Of a stretch of 64,000 nucleotides of DNA, positions 46,835 to 58,588 are shown one piece after another (position 1 is the first letter of the stretch; each line of letters opens with the position of its first letter). The DNA is from Deltaproteobacteria bacterium (lineage in GTDB: Bacteria > SAR324 > NAC60-12), in contig JAYOTF010000008.1 of the NCBI GenBank assembly GCA_038150265.1, positions 28,595 through 92,594 on the forward strand, given 5' to 3'. The notes beneath the pieces are model-generated. The model saw only the letters and a list, made by a program, of their open reading frames with translations, did not search any database and was not told the origin of the DNA. A program made the translations under genes and the position numbers.

Positions 46835-48012
46835 TCGGCATCCAGGTAGGCAAGGAGGAGGACGCCGGTGGTGGTGTAGAGCTGGAGCCCCTGGGTGACG
46901 GTGCCCAGCTCATAGCCTCCGAAGCAGCCGATCAGCGGGAAATCCCCGAGCACCTCGCGGATGGCTTCCGTGTCAACATTCGGGCGACCATAGAGGGCTG
47001 TGCCACGGGCCGAGCAGTTGAGGAAGACGCCAAAGCTGGGGCGTCGCTCATCCTGGGCCTTGAGGCGCTGGAGCATCTCCCGGAAGTCCTGCTCAGCCGT
47101 CACGGCGCTGCGGTAGGCAAAGGAAACCACCATGCCCTCCTGGACCAACTCCGCCAACTCCAGTCCCTGAGACACCACATCCACGCCGGTGAGTCCCCGA
47201 ACCAAGGCGGTCTCGCCGCCGAAGCTGGGCTGCTGTCGGTCCAGTGGCAGGCTGAAGAGCAGGTGCTGGGCGGCTGTTTCCAGCTCCCGGATGCCCAGTT
47301 CGGACGCGACGGTGACAAAGACCTCCAATGCGGGAAAGTCGTCGAGCTTGAGGATCTGGTTGTCCTGAACCTCGGTGATGAACATCGGCTCGCCCATGGT
47401 CACACACGACTGCGTCACCCCCGCCTGAAAGTGCGGAATGCCCGAGAAGGTGATGCCAGAGACGCCACTGAGGGTGGCTCCGCGGGGGCCAATCTGGACC
47501 GCCTGCTGGTAGGTGCCATCGTTGCAGGTACCGGCACCAAAACAAACGGGGTGGGACTTGGCAAAGTTGAGGGTGTTGATGAGGTTGTGGGGCTGGTGCT
47601 CGTAGGTGTCCGGGAAGGTCAGCAAAAGAGGCTGGGCGCTCTGCTGCTCAAGCGTTTCCTTCACCTGCTGCATGACACTCATGCTGTGCTCCAGTTCCTG
47701 AAAGTGCACAAATCCGGATGCTTCCACCCCTGGAGTGGTTCCCACCATCATCGCGATTGCGGGCTCGTCCAGCACCTCTCCGGCGCCGGTCAGGACCCCC
47801 GAGAAGCTGCCCCCCACCACACAGGGGCAAATTTCAGCGAGGAGGTCGTGAATGTGTTCCGATTGCTCCATGTGGGGCGTATTGAAGAACAGGAGAATCC
47901 ACTCGGGAGGATAGTCGGCCCCGGCTTCGCGACAGGCCTGCTGGTAGGCCTCTCGGGTTGCCTGAAGCGAGTCGGGATTCCGGGAGAGCCCCGTGCCGAT
48001 TTGAATCGTCAC
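46831..48012 (-). CDS. FIST N/C domain protein
   Basis: GTGLS start, VTQSC, FLNCSARG, PLIGCFGGYE, LYTTTGV. Confidence 0.85.
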   Translation of the reverse strand: MTIQIGTGLSRNPDSLQATREAYQQACREAGADYPPEWILLFFNTPHMEQSEHIHDLLAEICPCVVGGSFSGVLTGAGEVLDEPAIAMMVGTTPGVEASGFVHFQELEHSMSVMQQVKETLEQQSAQPLLLTFPDTYEHQPHNLINTLNFAKSHPVCFGAGTCNDGTYQQAVQIGPRGATLSGVSGITFSGIPHFQAGVTQSCVTMGEPMFITEVQDNQILKLDDFPALEVFVTVASELGIRELETAAQHLLFSLPLDRQQPSFGGETALVRGLTGVDVVSQGLELAELVQEGMVVSFAYRSAVTAEQDFREMLQRLKAQDERRPSFGVFLNCSARGTALYGRPNVDTEAIREVLGDFPLIGCFGGYELGTVTQGLQLYTTTGVLLLAYLDAE

Positions 48013-48192
48013 AAATATACGTTAGCTGCGGATGATTGAGTGAGTAGAGGACCAGCGCTTCATCTTGATCTTACGGGAAAAAAACCTATGCTTCTGAAAG
48101 CAACCCGATAGCGGACGTGGTCCCTGATCGTGTCCACAAGCGCTGCTTCCTCAAAGGGGAAGCTCTTGCAAAAACAATGCTGAGGCTTCGCA

Positions 48193-48429
48193 GTGACCCC
48201 GAAATTCTTGATAGTCCGTCTGCAACTTGCTTGCCTGATGAGCCTGAGCGTGTTGCTGGCGGGGTGTTCCACCACCTGGGTGAACCGGGGCGACAGCTGT
48301 GTTTACGAGTCTGAGGGCCCCCCCTTGCGCCGCGTGGTCAACTACACGGACAACGCGCTCTGTGAGCGTCCACGCGAGCCCCGCACCCCCCCCAATCCCC
48401 GGATCCGGGAAAGTCCCTCAATGGACTGA
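48193..48429 (+). CDS. Small lipoprotein (start may be ATG 48238)
   Basis: Lipobox LLAGC. Candidate promoter TTGATC-N16-TATGCT at 48065-48092. Confidence 0.5.
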   Translation: MTPKFLIVRLQLACLMSLSVLLAGCSTTWVNRGDSCVYESEGPPLRRVVNYTDNALCERPREPRTPPNPRIRESPSMD

Positions 48430-48452
48430 CGCCCCGATTTTTCACACTCCTC

Positions 48453-49355
48453 ATGCACTCTCAACTTCGGGCAGATGGCATTCTGCTGAGCGTCGCCTTT
48501 GTCTGGGGGACGACCTTTGTGATTGTCCAGAACGCCGTGGCATTTTTGGAGCCGCTGTCGTTCAACGCCGTCCGCTTCGCCTTGGCCTCCAGCCTCCTGG
48601 CTGTGGTCTGGTGGCAACGCTCCGGAGCCCTTCCAAGTCGACGCTTGCTCTGGCATGGGGGCCTGTTGGGGTTTTGGCTCTGCCTGGCCTTTGGCCTCCA
48701 GACCGTTGCGCTCACCCTCACCACGTCGTCCAAGACCGCCTTTCTGACGGGGCTGTATGCGGTCTTTGTTCCGGTCTTTACCTTCCTGATCCTCAAGCGC
48801 CGTCCGGCGTTGAGCGCTCTGCTGGGGGTCACGGCAGCGGTGGGGGGACTGTTTCTGTTAACAGGAGGGGGGCTGGGAGACTGGAATCCGGGAGACGTCC
48901 TGGCCGCATTATGTGGAGCCGCCTTTGCGCTGCACATCGTCTTTACCGCCCGCTACACCGTGGAGCATCCGGCGTTGCCCCTGACCGTGATACAGACGGC
49001 AGTGGTGGCTGTGCTGAGCGCAGGCTTTGCGGGAGTGACTGAAGACTGGCAGCAGGTCTTCAATCCGGAGGTTCTCTTTCGGCTGGATGTGCTGGGCGCC
49101 TTGGTGGTGACCGGGGTCTTTGCAACAGCAATCGCGTTTTTTGCCCAGACCCATTTTCAGAAACACACCACCCCCACCCGCGTTGCGCTGATCTTCATCA
49201 TGGAACCCGTCTTTGCGGCCTTTACCGGGGTTTTCTGGGCCGGAGAGGTGCTGACTGCTGCAGAAATCGGAGGGTGTGCGCTGATTTTGGCAGGGATGGT
49301 TCTGGCAGAGCTTCCGTGGGACCGGATCCTGCGCTCTTCCAAACCGGTGGGCTGA
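48453..49355 (+). CDS. DMT/EamA family transporter
   Basis: WGTTF, 10 TM segments, GD, EPVFAA. Confidence 0.9.
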   Translation: MHSQLRADGILLSVAFVWGTTFVIVQNAVAFLEPLSFNAVRFALASSLLAVVWWQRSGALPSRRLLWHGGLLGFWLCLAFGLQTVALTLTTSSKTAFLTGLYAVFVPVFTFLILKRRPALSALLGVTAAVGGLFLLTGGGLGDWNPGDVLAALCGAAFALHIVFTARYTVEHPALPLTVIQTAVVAVLSAGFAGVTEDWQQVFNPEVLFRLDVLGALVVTGVFATAIAFFAQTHFQKHTTPTRVALIFIMEPVFAAFTGVFWAGEVLTAAEIGGCALILAGMVLAELPWDRILRSSKPVG

Positions 49356-49358
49356 GGC

Positions 49359-50393
49359 CTACAGCAGGTTCTTCATCATCTCTTCCGCCCAAATGGAGCG
49401 GTCGCTCCGAGAAGTCGGGCTGCTGCCGTCATCTTCCTCTGAGTCCAGTCCGGACATAAAGGCCCCAATCTCCATCGCATCATCGGGAATCAGCTGGTAC
49501 AGGACCGGGTCGTTTTCATCGGGAAGCGGCTGCAGCGGCCCCGCCAGGTGCTCGGCCATCTCATCGACGTAGTCCGGAACCTCGGTGCAATCGTCTGGAA
49601 CCACCGGTGCTTCAGGTGCTGCTTCCCGAGGCTCTGGGGCAACCGCTTCCGGAGGAAGGGCTTCCTCAAGCGGAACGAGCCCCACAGACTCTGGTGCTGG
49701 CGGTTCCGGAGGCCTTGTGGCGGGGGGAGCAGGAGTGGGCTTCGGGCGAGGACGGGACGCTGCTTCTGGAGAAACCTCCGGAGGCTTCGGTGCCGTGGCC
49801 CTGGCCGTCGCCGGCGATTTCGATTGGGCCGTTCGTTGGGGCTGAGGGCCCTTGGCTCGGGTTTTTTGAGGAAGGGCTGGAGGCGGTTCCGGAGTGTGAC
49901 GGCTTCCGGCGTCCGGAGCCTCTTCCTGAAACAGGGAACCCTGATTGCCCCGGCTTCGTTTGGATGAGCCACGCTTCAGGGTCTTGAGGATGGTCCGGAC
50001 CTGACGGGATCGACTGAGCTGGGCCAGGATGAGGCGCTGGTACTGTTCCAGCAGTTGCGGCCCCTCCCGGTGGTAGAGCGAGATCCAACGCACCGGGCGG
50101 TTGCTGTGAATCAGGGCTTCGCCTGTGAACAGCGGGAGGTGTCCGGAAGGAGGATGCTCATCATGCTCCACCAGCACACAGCCCTCAAAGCAGGTCTCCG
50201 GATTGGGAAACCGTTCGCGTAGAGGCGCGCGCATCGGGAAGGCGTTGGGGTGCTCCTTGAGCAGGCGACCAAGGTGGTCAGGGCGCCGGCCTTCCTGCCA
50301 TGACTCGACCAGGTGGCGGTCACACTCCCCCGGCTTCCGGCAAACCGGACACTGCAGTTCTTTGGGGTGGTGAATGACCTTGGGGGCCAGCAT
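49359..50393 (-). CDS. Hypothetical protein: Cys/His N-terminal domain and Pro-rich linker
   Basis: CPVC-x5-C-x2-H, long P/A/E-rich tract, acidic tail. Fills the gap between the DMT gene and miaB. Confidence 0.55.
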   Translation of the reverse strand: MLAPKVIHHPKELQCPVCRKPGECDRHLVESWQEGRRPDHLGRLLKEHPNAFPMRAPLRERFPNPETCFEGCVLVEHDEHPPSGHLPLFTGEALIHSNRPVRWISLYHREGPQLLEQYQRLILAQLSRSRQVRTILKTLKRGSSKRSRGNQGSLFQEEAPDAGSRHTPEPPPALPQKTRAKGPQPQRTAQSKSPATARATAPKPPEVSPEAASRPRPKPTPAPPATRPPEPPAPESVGLVPLEEALPPEAVAPEPREAAPEAPVVPDDCTEVPDYVDEMAEHLAGPLQPLPDENDPVLYQLIPDDAMEIGAFMSGLDSEEDDGSSPTSRSDRSIWAEEMMKNLL

Positions 50394-50489
50394 CCGAGCC
50401 AGGAGAGAGAAGATGAACGGAGGACAGCCCTCCGCAAGCTGGTGTCATGACAAACAGGCCTTTGCTCACACGCAACCGGCCCACAGGCC

Positions 50490-51833
50490 TCAGGAAAGCG
50501 CTTCGGCTTCCAACGCATAGGTCCGGGCCGCGGTAATGCGCACCTGAAGGAGGTCGCCAACGGAGGCATTGCTGTGCGCCACAGAGACGGCGTGGTTTCC
50601 TCGCGTGCGTCCGGTGAGGCTGTGCGGATGGCGAGGGTGTGGGCCTTCAATGAGCAGCTCCTGTGTGGAGCCGATCAGGGCCTCGTTGCGCTCTCGGGAA
50701 ATGCGGTCCTGCTCTTCCAGCAGAATCCGGAGCCGCTCGCGCTTGACGGCATCGGGAAGCTGCCCATCGTAGTCGGCAGCTGGGGTGCCCGGACGAGGCG
50801 AGTACTTGAAGGCATAGATGAGGTCAAAGCGGAACTCCCGGACCGCCGCCAGCGTGGCTTCAAAGTCTTCCTCGGTTTCTCCCGGAAATCCGACGATCAG
50901 GTCGGTGGAGAGGGTGCCTTCCGGAACTTTGGACCGAAACCGTTCGACCTTCTCCCGGTACTTTTCCAGCGTGTACCAGCGGCGCATGCGGCGCAGCAGC
51001 GAGCTGGAGCCCGACTGCAGCGGCAGGTGCAGCTGCTCGCACAGCGAAGGCAGGGTCACAAAGGCGTCGGCCAGCTCGTCCTGGAAGTCCTTGGGGTGCG
51101 GCGAGGTGAAGCGGATCCGCTCCAGGCCGTCGATCCGGTCCAGTTCGGTGAGGAGGTCCACAAACGAGACCCCGTTGGCCTTGTAGGAGTTGACGTTTTG
51201 CCCAAGCAGGCAGATTTCCTTTGTCCCGGAGGCCACCAAACGCCGGGCTTCCTGAACAATGTCCTCCGGCTCGCGGCTCACCTCGAGTCCTCGGGTGATG
51301 GGGACGATGCAGAAGGAGCAGAAGTTGTTGCAGCCCTTGGTGATCGCGAGGTGGGCCTTCAGTCCGGGCTGGCTGGGTTCAAACGCATATCCGGGGACAA
51401 AGTTCCGGACCTTTTGGCGGGCGGCGACCCGCTCGGTCTGAACGAGGCGCTGACCTCCCTCCACCTCGGCCAGCAGGTCTGGGAGGTCGTAGAGGTTGTC
51501 GGTGCCAAAAACGAGGTCAACGGTATCGGCGCGGCGCAGGATCTCTTTTCCTTCCTGCTGAGCAACGCATCCGCCGACTCCCACCTTGAGGTGGGGGCGC
51601 TGCTGCTTCAACTCCCGCAGGCTACCCAGAAAGCTGTACACCTTCTGCTCGGCCTTCTCCCGGACGGAGCAGGTGTTGAGCAGAATCAGGTCGGCGTCTG
51701 AGAGCTCTTCCGTGACCTCATAGTTTTCACGCCGCAGCACCTCCAGCATCTTGTCGCTGTCATACTCGTTCATCTGACAGCCCCACGTTTGGATGTGGAC
51801 CTTGCGGGGAGACTTCGGGAGGGGGTGGTTCAT
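50490..51833 (-). CDS. miaB: tRNA i6A37 methylthiotransferase
   Basis: TWGCQMNEYDS, NTCSVREKAE, GCNNFCSFCIVP, YSPRPGT, TRAM domain. Confidence 0.95.
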   Translation of the reverse strand: MNHPLPKSPRKVHIQTWGCQMNEYDSDKMLEVLRRENYEVTEELSDADLILLNTCSVREKAEQKVYSFLGSLRELKQQRPHLKVGVGGCVAQQEGKEILRRADTVDLVFGTDNLYDLPDLLAEVEGGQRLVQTERVAARQKVRNFVPGYAFEPSQPGLKAHLAITKGCNNFCSFCIVPITRGLEVSREPEDIVQEARRLVASGTKEICLLGQNVNSYKANGVSFVDLLTELDRIDGLERIRFTSPHPKDFQDELADAFVTLPSLCEQLHLPLQSGSSSLLRRMRRWYTLEKYREKVERFRSKVPEGTLSTDLIVGFPGETEEDFEATLAAVREFRFDLIYAFKYSPRPGTPAADYDGQLPDAVKRERLRILLEEQDRISRERNEALIGSTQELLIEGPHPRHPHSLTGRTRGNHAVSVAHSNASVGDLLQVRITAARTYALEAEALS

Positions 51834-52222
51834 GACGCCGTGGCGTGGTGCAGCGAGGTCAGGCCCAGTTCTGCGGCTGCCATTTCGCAGGCGAGGCCGA
51901 GGAGGTTCTGGGGGATCTCCATGTAGTGCGCCTGGTCCCCGTTTTGCCACTTCGTTTCTTCCAGCTGGAGGCCGTGGGCGGTGGGCTTGACGTAGTCGAA
52001 CCACTCATTGTGGTGCTTGAGCTGGAAGGATTCGACAATGAAGAACTGCCCGTTGCGCTGGAAGCTCTTCTTCGGCGCCGCCTCAGCGGTTTCGGCATCG
52101 GTGGGAACGAGGATGAGCCGGAAGTCGAACTTCCCCCAGAAGAAGTAGAGGAAGGGACGCTCGGCTTCAGCGTCGCTCTTGAAGATGTTGTAGTTCTGTC
52201 GGTTGAAGGTGTAGCGCTTCAC
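51830..52222 (-). CDS. Hypothetical protein translationally coupled to miaB
   Basis: 130-aa ORF with host-like codon usage and ATGA overlap with miaB. Confidence 0.65.
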   Translation of the reverse strand: MKRYTFNRQNYNIFKSDAEAERPFLYFFWGKFDFRLILVPTDAETAEAAPKKSFQRNGQFFIVESFQLKHHNEWFDYVKPTAHGLQLEETKWQNGDQAHYMEIPQNLLGLACEMAAAELGLTSLHHATAS

Positions 52223-52310
52223 AGGATTCCTTACGAGAAAAAGGGATGATCCGAAAGGACCTATTTTGCCCCGGATGCCCCTGCTTTTTCAAGGGCTTTC
52301 CGGGACGGAA

Positions 52311-54131
52311 TCAGGCACTTTTTTTGCGTTTGCCATACCGCTCGCGCTCATTGAGCGTCAGCCACAGCTTCCGGAGGCGGATGTTCTTGGGCGTGACCTC
52401 AAGGCACTCATCTTCGGCGAGCCACTCAATGCAGCTCTCCAGCGTGAGGGGCGTCACCGGGGTGAGCTGAATGTTGTCGTCCTTCCCGGAGGCCCGGACG
52501 TTGGTGAGCTTCTTCTCCTTGCAGGGGTTGACGTTGAGGTCGTTGTTGCGGTTGTGCTCCCCAATGATCATGCCTTCATAAACCCGGGCTCCGGGGGTGA
52601 CAAAGAGGCGCCCGCGTGGCTCCAGGTTGAAGAGCGCATACCCAACGGCTTCTCCGGAGCGGTCGGAGACCAGCGAGCCGGTGAGGCGTGTGGGGAAGTC
52701 TCCTCGGTGCGGCTCGTAGCCGAGCAGGTAGGAGTTGAGGATACCGGTTCCGCGCGTGTCCGTCAAAAACTCGGAGCGGTAGCCAATCAGGCCCCGGGTG
52801 GGCACATGAAACTGCGCCCGGACGCGTCCGGTGCCGTGGTTGACCAGGTTGACCATCCGTCCCTTCCGGAGCGACAGCTTTTCGGAAACGATTCCGAGGA
52901 ACTGCTCCTCGCAGTCCACAAACACGTCTTCAATCGGCTCCTCGCGCTGGCTGCCTTCTCCTCGGTAGATGACTTCCGGGCGCCCAACGGTCAGCTCAAA
53001 TCCCTCGCGCCGCATCGTCTCAATGAGAACGGCCATCTGCAACTCGCCCCGGCCCTTCACCAGAAACGACTCGCCCTGGGCTTCTTCAAACTGGAGGGAA
53101 ACGTTCCGGAGCGTCTCCAGCTTGAGGCGGTCCCGGATCTTGGTGGACTGCACGAGCTTGCCTTCCTGTCCGGAGAACGGCGACGTGTTGGGCCCAAAGA
53201 GCATGGTCACGGTGGGCTCATCGACGGTGATCCGCCGGAGCGCCTTGGGCGCCTCTCGCTTACAGATGGTGTCGCCGATGTGGACATTCTCAATGCCGGC
53301 CAGAACCAGGATCTCTCCGGGGTCAACCTGTTCGCGGTCTTCGGTGCCAACGCCCGAGTACACCTGAAGCTTGGAGGCCCGCAGCGAGATCAACTCGCCG
53401 TTTTCATTGATGCAGACCAGGGACTCGTTTCGTGAGACCTCGCCGTTGACAATGCGGCCAATGGCAAGGCGTCCGAGGTAGTCGGAGTAACCGAGGTCGC
53501 TGACCAGCATCTGGAAGGGCTGCTCCGGGTCATGGCTTGGCCCCGGCAGGTGCTCAACAATCAGGTCAAGCAGTGGGGCCAGGTCGGTGCCGCGTTCCTC
53601 AAGGCTGGTCTGAGCAATGCCGTCACGTCCGATCGCGTAGAGGACGGGGAATTCGATTTGCTCATCGCTGGCGTCCAGATCGATGAAGAGGCTGTACACC
53701 TCATCCAGCACCTCTTCGGCTCGGGCATCCTGACGGTCGATCTTGTTGATGACGACAATGATCTTCAGGCCGGCTTCCAGGGCCTTGCGGAGCACAAAGC
53801 GCGTTTGCGGCAGTGGGCCTTCCGAGGCGTCCACCAGGATGATGGCACCGTCCACCATCATCAGGGCGCGCTCCACCTCACCACCGAAGTCGGCGTGTCC
53901 CGGGGTGTCGAGGATGTTGATCTTGGTGCCCTTCCAGTCAATGGCGCAGTTCTTGGCAGCAATGGTGATCCCCCGCTCCCGCTCCAGGTCCATGTTGTCC
54001 ATCAGGCGGTCCGCAATGTCCTGGTTTTCGCGGAAGAGCCCACTTTGGCGGAACATTTGGTCAACCAGGGTGGTCTTGCCATGGTCGACGTGGGCAATGA
54101 TGGCAATATTACGAAGGGCCTTGTTTTCCAT
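52311..54131 (-). CDS. typA: Translational GTPase TypA/BipA
   Basis: [42 protein letters not shown]. Confidence 0.97.
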   Translation of the reverse strand: MENKALRNIAIIAHVDHGKTTLVDQMFRQSGLFRENQDIADRLMDNMDLERERGITIAAKNCAIDWKGTKINILDTPGHADFGGEVERALMMVDGAIILVDASEGPLPQTRFVLRKALEAGLKIIVVINKIDRQDARAEEVLDEVYSLFIDLDASDEQIEFPVLYAIGRDGIAQTSLEERGTDLAPLLDLIVEHLPGPSHDPEQPFQMLVSDLGYSDYLGRLAIGRIVNGEVSRNESLVCINENGELISLRASKLQVYSGVGTEDREQVDPGEILVLAGIENVHIGDTICKREAPKALRRITVDEPTVTMLFGPNTSPFSGQEGKLVQSTKIRDRLKLETLRNVSLQFEEAQGESFLVKGRGELQMAVLIETMRREGFELTVGRPEVIYRGEGSQREEPIEDVFVDCEEQFLGIVSEKLSLRKGRMVNLVNHGTGRVRAQFHVPTRGLIGYRSEFLTDTRGTGILNSYLLGYEPHRGDFPTRLTGSLVSDRSGEAVGYALFNLEPRGRLFVTPGARVYEGMIIGEHNRNNDLNVNPCKEKKLTNVRASGKDDNIQLTPVTPLTLESCIEWLAEDECLEVTPKNIRLRKLWLTLNERERYGKRKKSA

Positions 54132-54217
54132 GTAGGGGATCGTTGAGGCAATCAAACCGACCAGGAACGAAGTGCCGGGCACACAGGTCGGGAAAAATCA
54201 TCCGGAGTGAATCAGCC

Positions 54218-54247
54218 AGTATACGGAAGCCCACCCGGCACCTGCAA
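54218..54247 (-). promoter_or_regulatory. Sigma70 promoter of typA
   Basis: Minus strand TTGCAG-N18-TATACT. Confidence 0.55.
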
Positions 54248-54379
54248 GGCAGGTTTGGCGGAGGGGGTGATTTTCAGGGGGAGCCGAGAGGAGGGGAAGA
54301 AGGGCGCCAGGCCCGATGGGTTCCGGGGAAGCAGGCGGTACCGCCGGGGAGCCTCAGCGGCTCCCTGAAGGGGAACTGC

Positions 54380-55390
54380 TCACCCTGCCAGCTCTTCCGG
54401 GAACTGCTCGGTGTCGATCTCCAACTGTGTGGCTGCAGGGTAGCGAGGACCGTGGACGGTGCGGATGTTGACGAGGTCGTCAAGTGCCGCAAGGAGGTCC
54501 GGACTCAGCGAAAGTGAGGCGGCTTTGACGTTTTCCTCCAGGTGCTCGAGCCGAGTGGTTCCGGGAATGGGAAGGAGGTGGTCTCCCTGAGCAAGCAGCC
54601 ACGCCAGCAGGAGCTGGGCCGGTGTGCCGTTTGCGGCCTCTGCCAGCTCCTGAAACCGGGGAAGGAGCTCCTGCCGGTTCCGGGAAAACTGGGGCTCCTG
54701 GAAGCGAGGCATGCTCCGGCGGATGTCTTTTTCGTGGAAGCGGCTGGGATCGAGGTGGGGACCACAAAAGAAGCCCCGGGTCATCGGAGAGAAGGCGACC
54801 AGTGTCACGCCCAACTCGGCACAGGTGTCCTTGAGGGCGATTTCCGGATTCCGGGTCCAGAGTGAGTATTCGTTTTGGACCGCGGTGATGGGGTGAACGG
54901 CGTGGGCGCGGCGGAGGGTGGCAGCAGACACCTCCGAGAGGCCGATGCCGCCGATTTTCCCAGACTCCACCATCCGGGCCAACTCGCCGACGCTGTCTTC
55001 CACCGGAACCTTCGTCTTGTCCCAGCGGTGCAGGTAGTAGAGGTCAATGAAGTCGGTGTTGAGGCGACGGAGGGAGTCTTCCAGCGTGGCCCGGAGGGTT
55101 GCTGGACGTCCATCAATGACGCGGACGCCGTTGACCCCCTGCATGCCACACTTGCTGGCCAGGTGGATTTCCCGGCGGTGGGGCGCCATCCACTCTCCGA
55201 CCAGCTCTTCGTTACGGCCAAAACCGTAGAGGGCGGCGGTGTCAAAGTGCCGGATGCCGAGGTCAAAGGCCCGGTTGAGGAGGGCCCATCCCGCTTCCTT
55301 GCTGGGCGGCTCTCCATAGGCGTGGCTCAGGTTCATGCAGCCCAGTCCAATTTCCGGGACAGCGGAGGTTCCAAGGGTTCTCAGTTTCAT
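54380..55390 (-). CDS. Aldo/keto reductase
   Basis: IGLGCM, FDTAALYG, IDLYYLHR, IGLSE, PIPGT. Confidence 0.93.
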   Translation of the reverse strand: MKLRTLGTSAVPEIGLGCMNLSHAYGEPPSKEAGWALLNRAFDLGIRHFDTAALYGFGRNEELVGEWMAPHRREIHLASKCGMQGVNGVRVIDGRPATLRATLEDSLRRLNTDFIDLYYLHRWDKTKVPVEDSVGELARMVESGKIGGIGLSEVSAATLRRAHAVHPITAVQNEYSLWTRNPEIALKDTCAELGVTLVAFSPMTRGFFCGPHLDPSRFHEKDIRRSMPRFQEPQFSRNRQELLPRFQELAEAANGTPAQLLLAWLLAQGDHLLPIPGTTRLEHLEENVKAASLSLSPDLLAALDDLVNIRTVHGPRYPAATQLEIDTEQFPEELAG

Positions 55391-55393
55391 GGC

Positions 55394-56338
55394 TCAGGTG
55401 TTCAGTTGAAGTTCCAGGTCTCGCATCACTTCGTAGGCGGGCAGCACCCTGGCGACGCTGGCATTGGGCTCCCGGCCTTCCCGGATGGCGGCAAAGAACT
55501 CCCGGTCCTGCAGCTCAATGCCGTTCATGGACACATCCACCTGGGAGACGTCGATGACTTCATCGCGCCCGGTAACGAGGTCATCGTACCGTGCCAGGTA
55601 GGTTCCGTTGTCACAGATGTAGCGGAAGAAGGTGCCGAGGGGGCCGTCGTTATTGAAGCTCAGGGAGAGGGTGCAGAGGGCTCCGGACTCAGTCAGGAGC
55701 TGAATGGACATATCCATGGCAATGCCCAGCTCCGGATGCATGGGGCCCTGGAGGGCGTTGGCCTTGACGACCCGCTCGCCGGTTTGGTACTGAAAGAGGT
55801 CGATGGTGTGGGCAGCATGATGCCAAAGCAGGTGGTCGGTCCAGGTCCGAGGCTCTCCGGCGGCGTTGAGGTTCTGACGCCGGAAGAAGTAGGTCTGGAC
55901 CTCCAGTTGCTGAATGGTCAGCTCCCCGGCCTGGATTTTCTGATGCACCCACTGGTGGGAGGGGTTGAAGCGCCGGGTGTGCCCCACCATGCAGACGAGT
56001 CCGGTTTCCTGCTGCAGCTTGAGCACGGCCTCTGCATCGGCCCAGCAGTCGGCGAGGGGAATTTCCACCTCCACATGAACTCCCGCCCGGAGGCACTGCA
56101 TCGCCTGAGCCGCATGAACCGGGGTCGGGGTTGCCAAAATGGCCGCCTGCACATCCGGAAGTGCCAGGGCTTCGGCGAGGTCGGTGGTGACAAAGGGAAT
56201 GCCGTATTGCTGCGCGACCGCCTGAGTGGGCTCGAGGGGTTGCCCAACCAGCCCAACGACCTCGACGCCGTCAATCTGTTTCAGGCCATCGAGGTGTTTT
56301 TTCCCAAAGGCTCCGGGGCCGGCAAGAATCACTTTCAT
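55394..56338 (-). CDS. ligC: 4-carboxy-2-hydroxymuconate semialdehyde dehydrogenase (LigC/PmdC)
   Basis: GAFGKKH, VEIPLAD, GHTRRFNPSHQ, WTDHLLWHHAAHTID. Confidence 0.92.
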   Translation of the reverse strand: MKVILAGPGAFGKKHLDGLKQIDGVEVVGLVGQPLEPTQAVAQQYGIPFVTTDLAEALALPDVQAAILATPTPVHAAQAMQCLRAGVHVEVEIPLADCWADAEAVLKLQQETGLVCMVGHTRRFNPSHQWVHQKIQAGELTIQQLEVQTYFFRRQNLNAAGEPRTWTDHLLWHHAAHTIDLFQYQTGERVVKANALQGPMHPELGIAMDMSIQLLTESGALCTLSLSFNNDGPLGTFFRYICDNGTYLARYDDLVTGRDEVIDVSQVDVSMNGIELQDREFFAAIREGREPNASVARVLPAYEVMRDLELQLNT

Positions 56339-56383
56339 CGTACAAGTCTCCTTATCAAAAAGAGGGAAGAGGCGAGGGAACCG

Positions 56384-57679
<1,296 letters not shown>

Positions 57680-57690
<11 letters not shown>

Positions 57691-58588
57691 GGGGTTCCTC
57701 GTCTGCCCAGTAGAGGCGCATTGGGTTGTCGATCAGGAGCTTGCGTTGCAGTTCCGGAGTGGGGGCAATGTGTGGGAGGACGTCCACCAGGTGCCCGTCG
57801 TCTGGCATGTGTGACTTCATGTTCGGGTGGGGCCAGTCGGTTCCCCACAGCACACGATCCGGAAAACGCTCCACCACCCTGTAGGCGAAGGGAAAGACAT
57901 CAGCATAATGCGGAGGGCCTTCCAGCGAAAGCCGCTCGGGGCAGCTGACCTTTGACCAGAAGTTGGGGTGCTCTTCGAGCAGCATCAGGAAGCGCTCAAA
58001 CTCCGGACCATCCACCGGTTGCCGAACGTCCGGACGCCCCATGTGGTCAACAACCACGGTTGTGGGCAAAGAGGTAAAGAAGGAGGAAAGCTCCGGAAGC
58101 TCGGCGGCCTCAAAGTAGATGACGATGTGCCACCCAAGCGGCTGGATCTTGGCCGCAATGGTTTCCAGCGTGTCAAACGGAAGGGCGTCCACGAGGCGTT
58201 TGACAAAGTTGAAGCGCACCCCGCGGACGCCTGCCAGGTGCAGCGCCTGCAGTTCTTCCGCACTGATGGTCGGTGGAACCGAGGCCACTCCCCGGGCCCG
58301 GCCACCCGAATGCTGGAGGGCATCCACGAGCGCCCGGTTGTCTGTGCCATGACACGTGGCCTGGACGATGACGTTCCGGGAGAATCCCAAAAAATCCCGC
58401 AGCGCCCAGAGGTCGGCTTTGGAGGCATCACAGGGCGTGTACTTGCGTTCCGGAGCAAAGGGGAATTGAGTTCCCGGACCAAAGACGTGGCAGTGGGCGT
58501 CCACGGCGCCTTCCGGAACCTGAAAGCGGGGCTTTGATGGCGATGGGTGCCAGGGAAGCCAGTCGGCATCGACCACAAATTCACTCAT
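57680..58588 (-). CDS. ligI: 2-pyrone-4,6-dicarboxylate lactonase (LigI/PmdD)
   Basis: DAHCHVFGP, VQATCHGTDN, RFNFVKRL, WGTDWPHPN. Confidence 0.93.
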
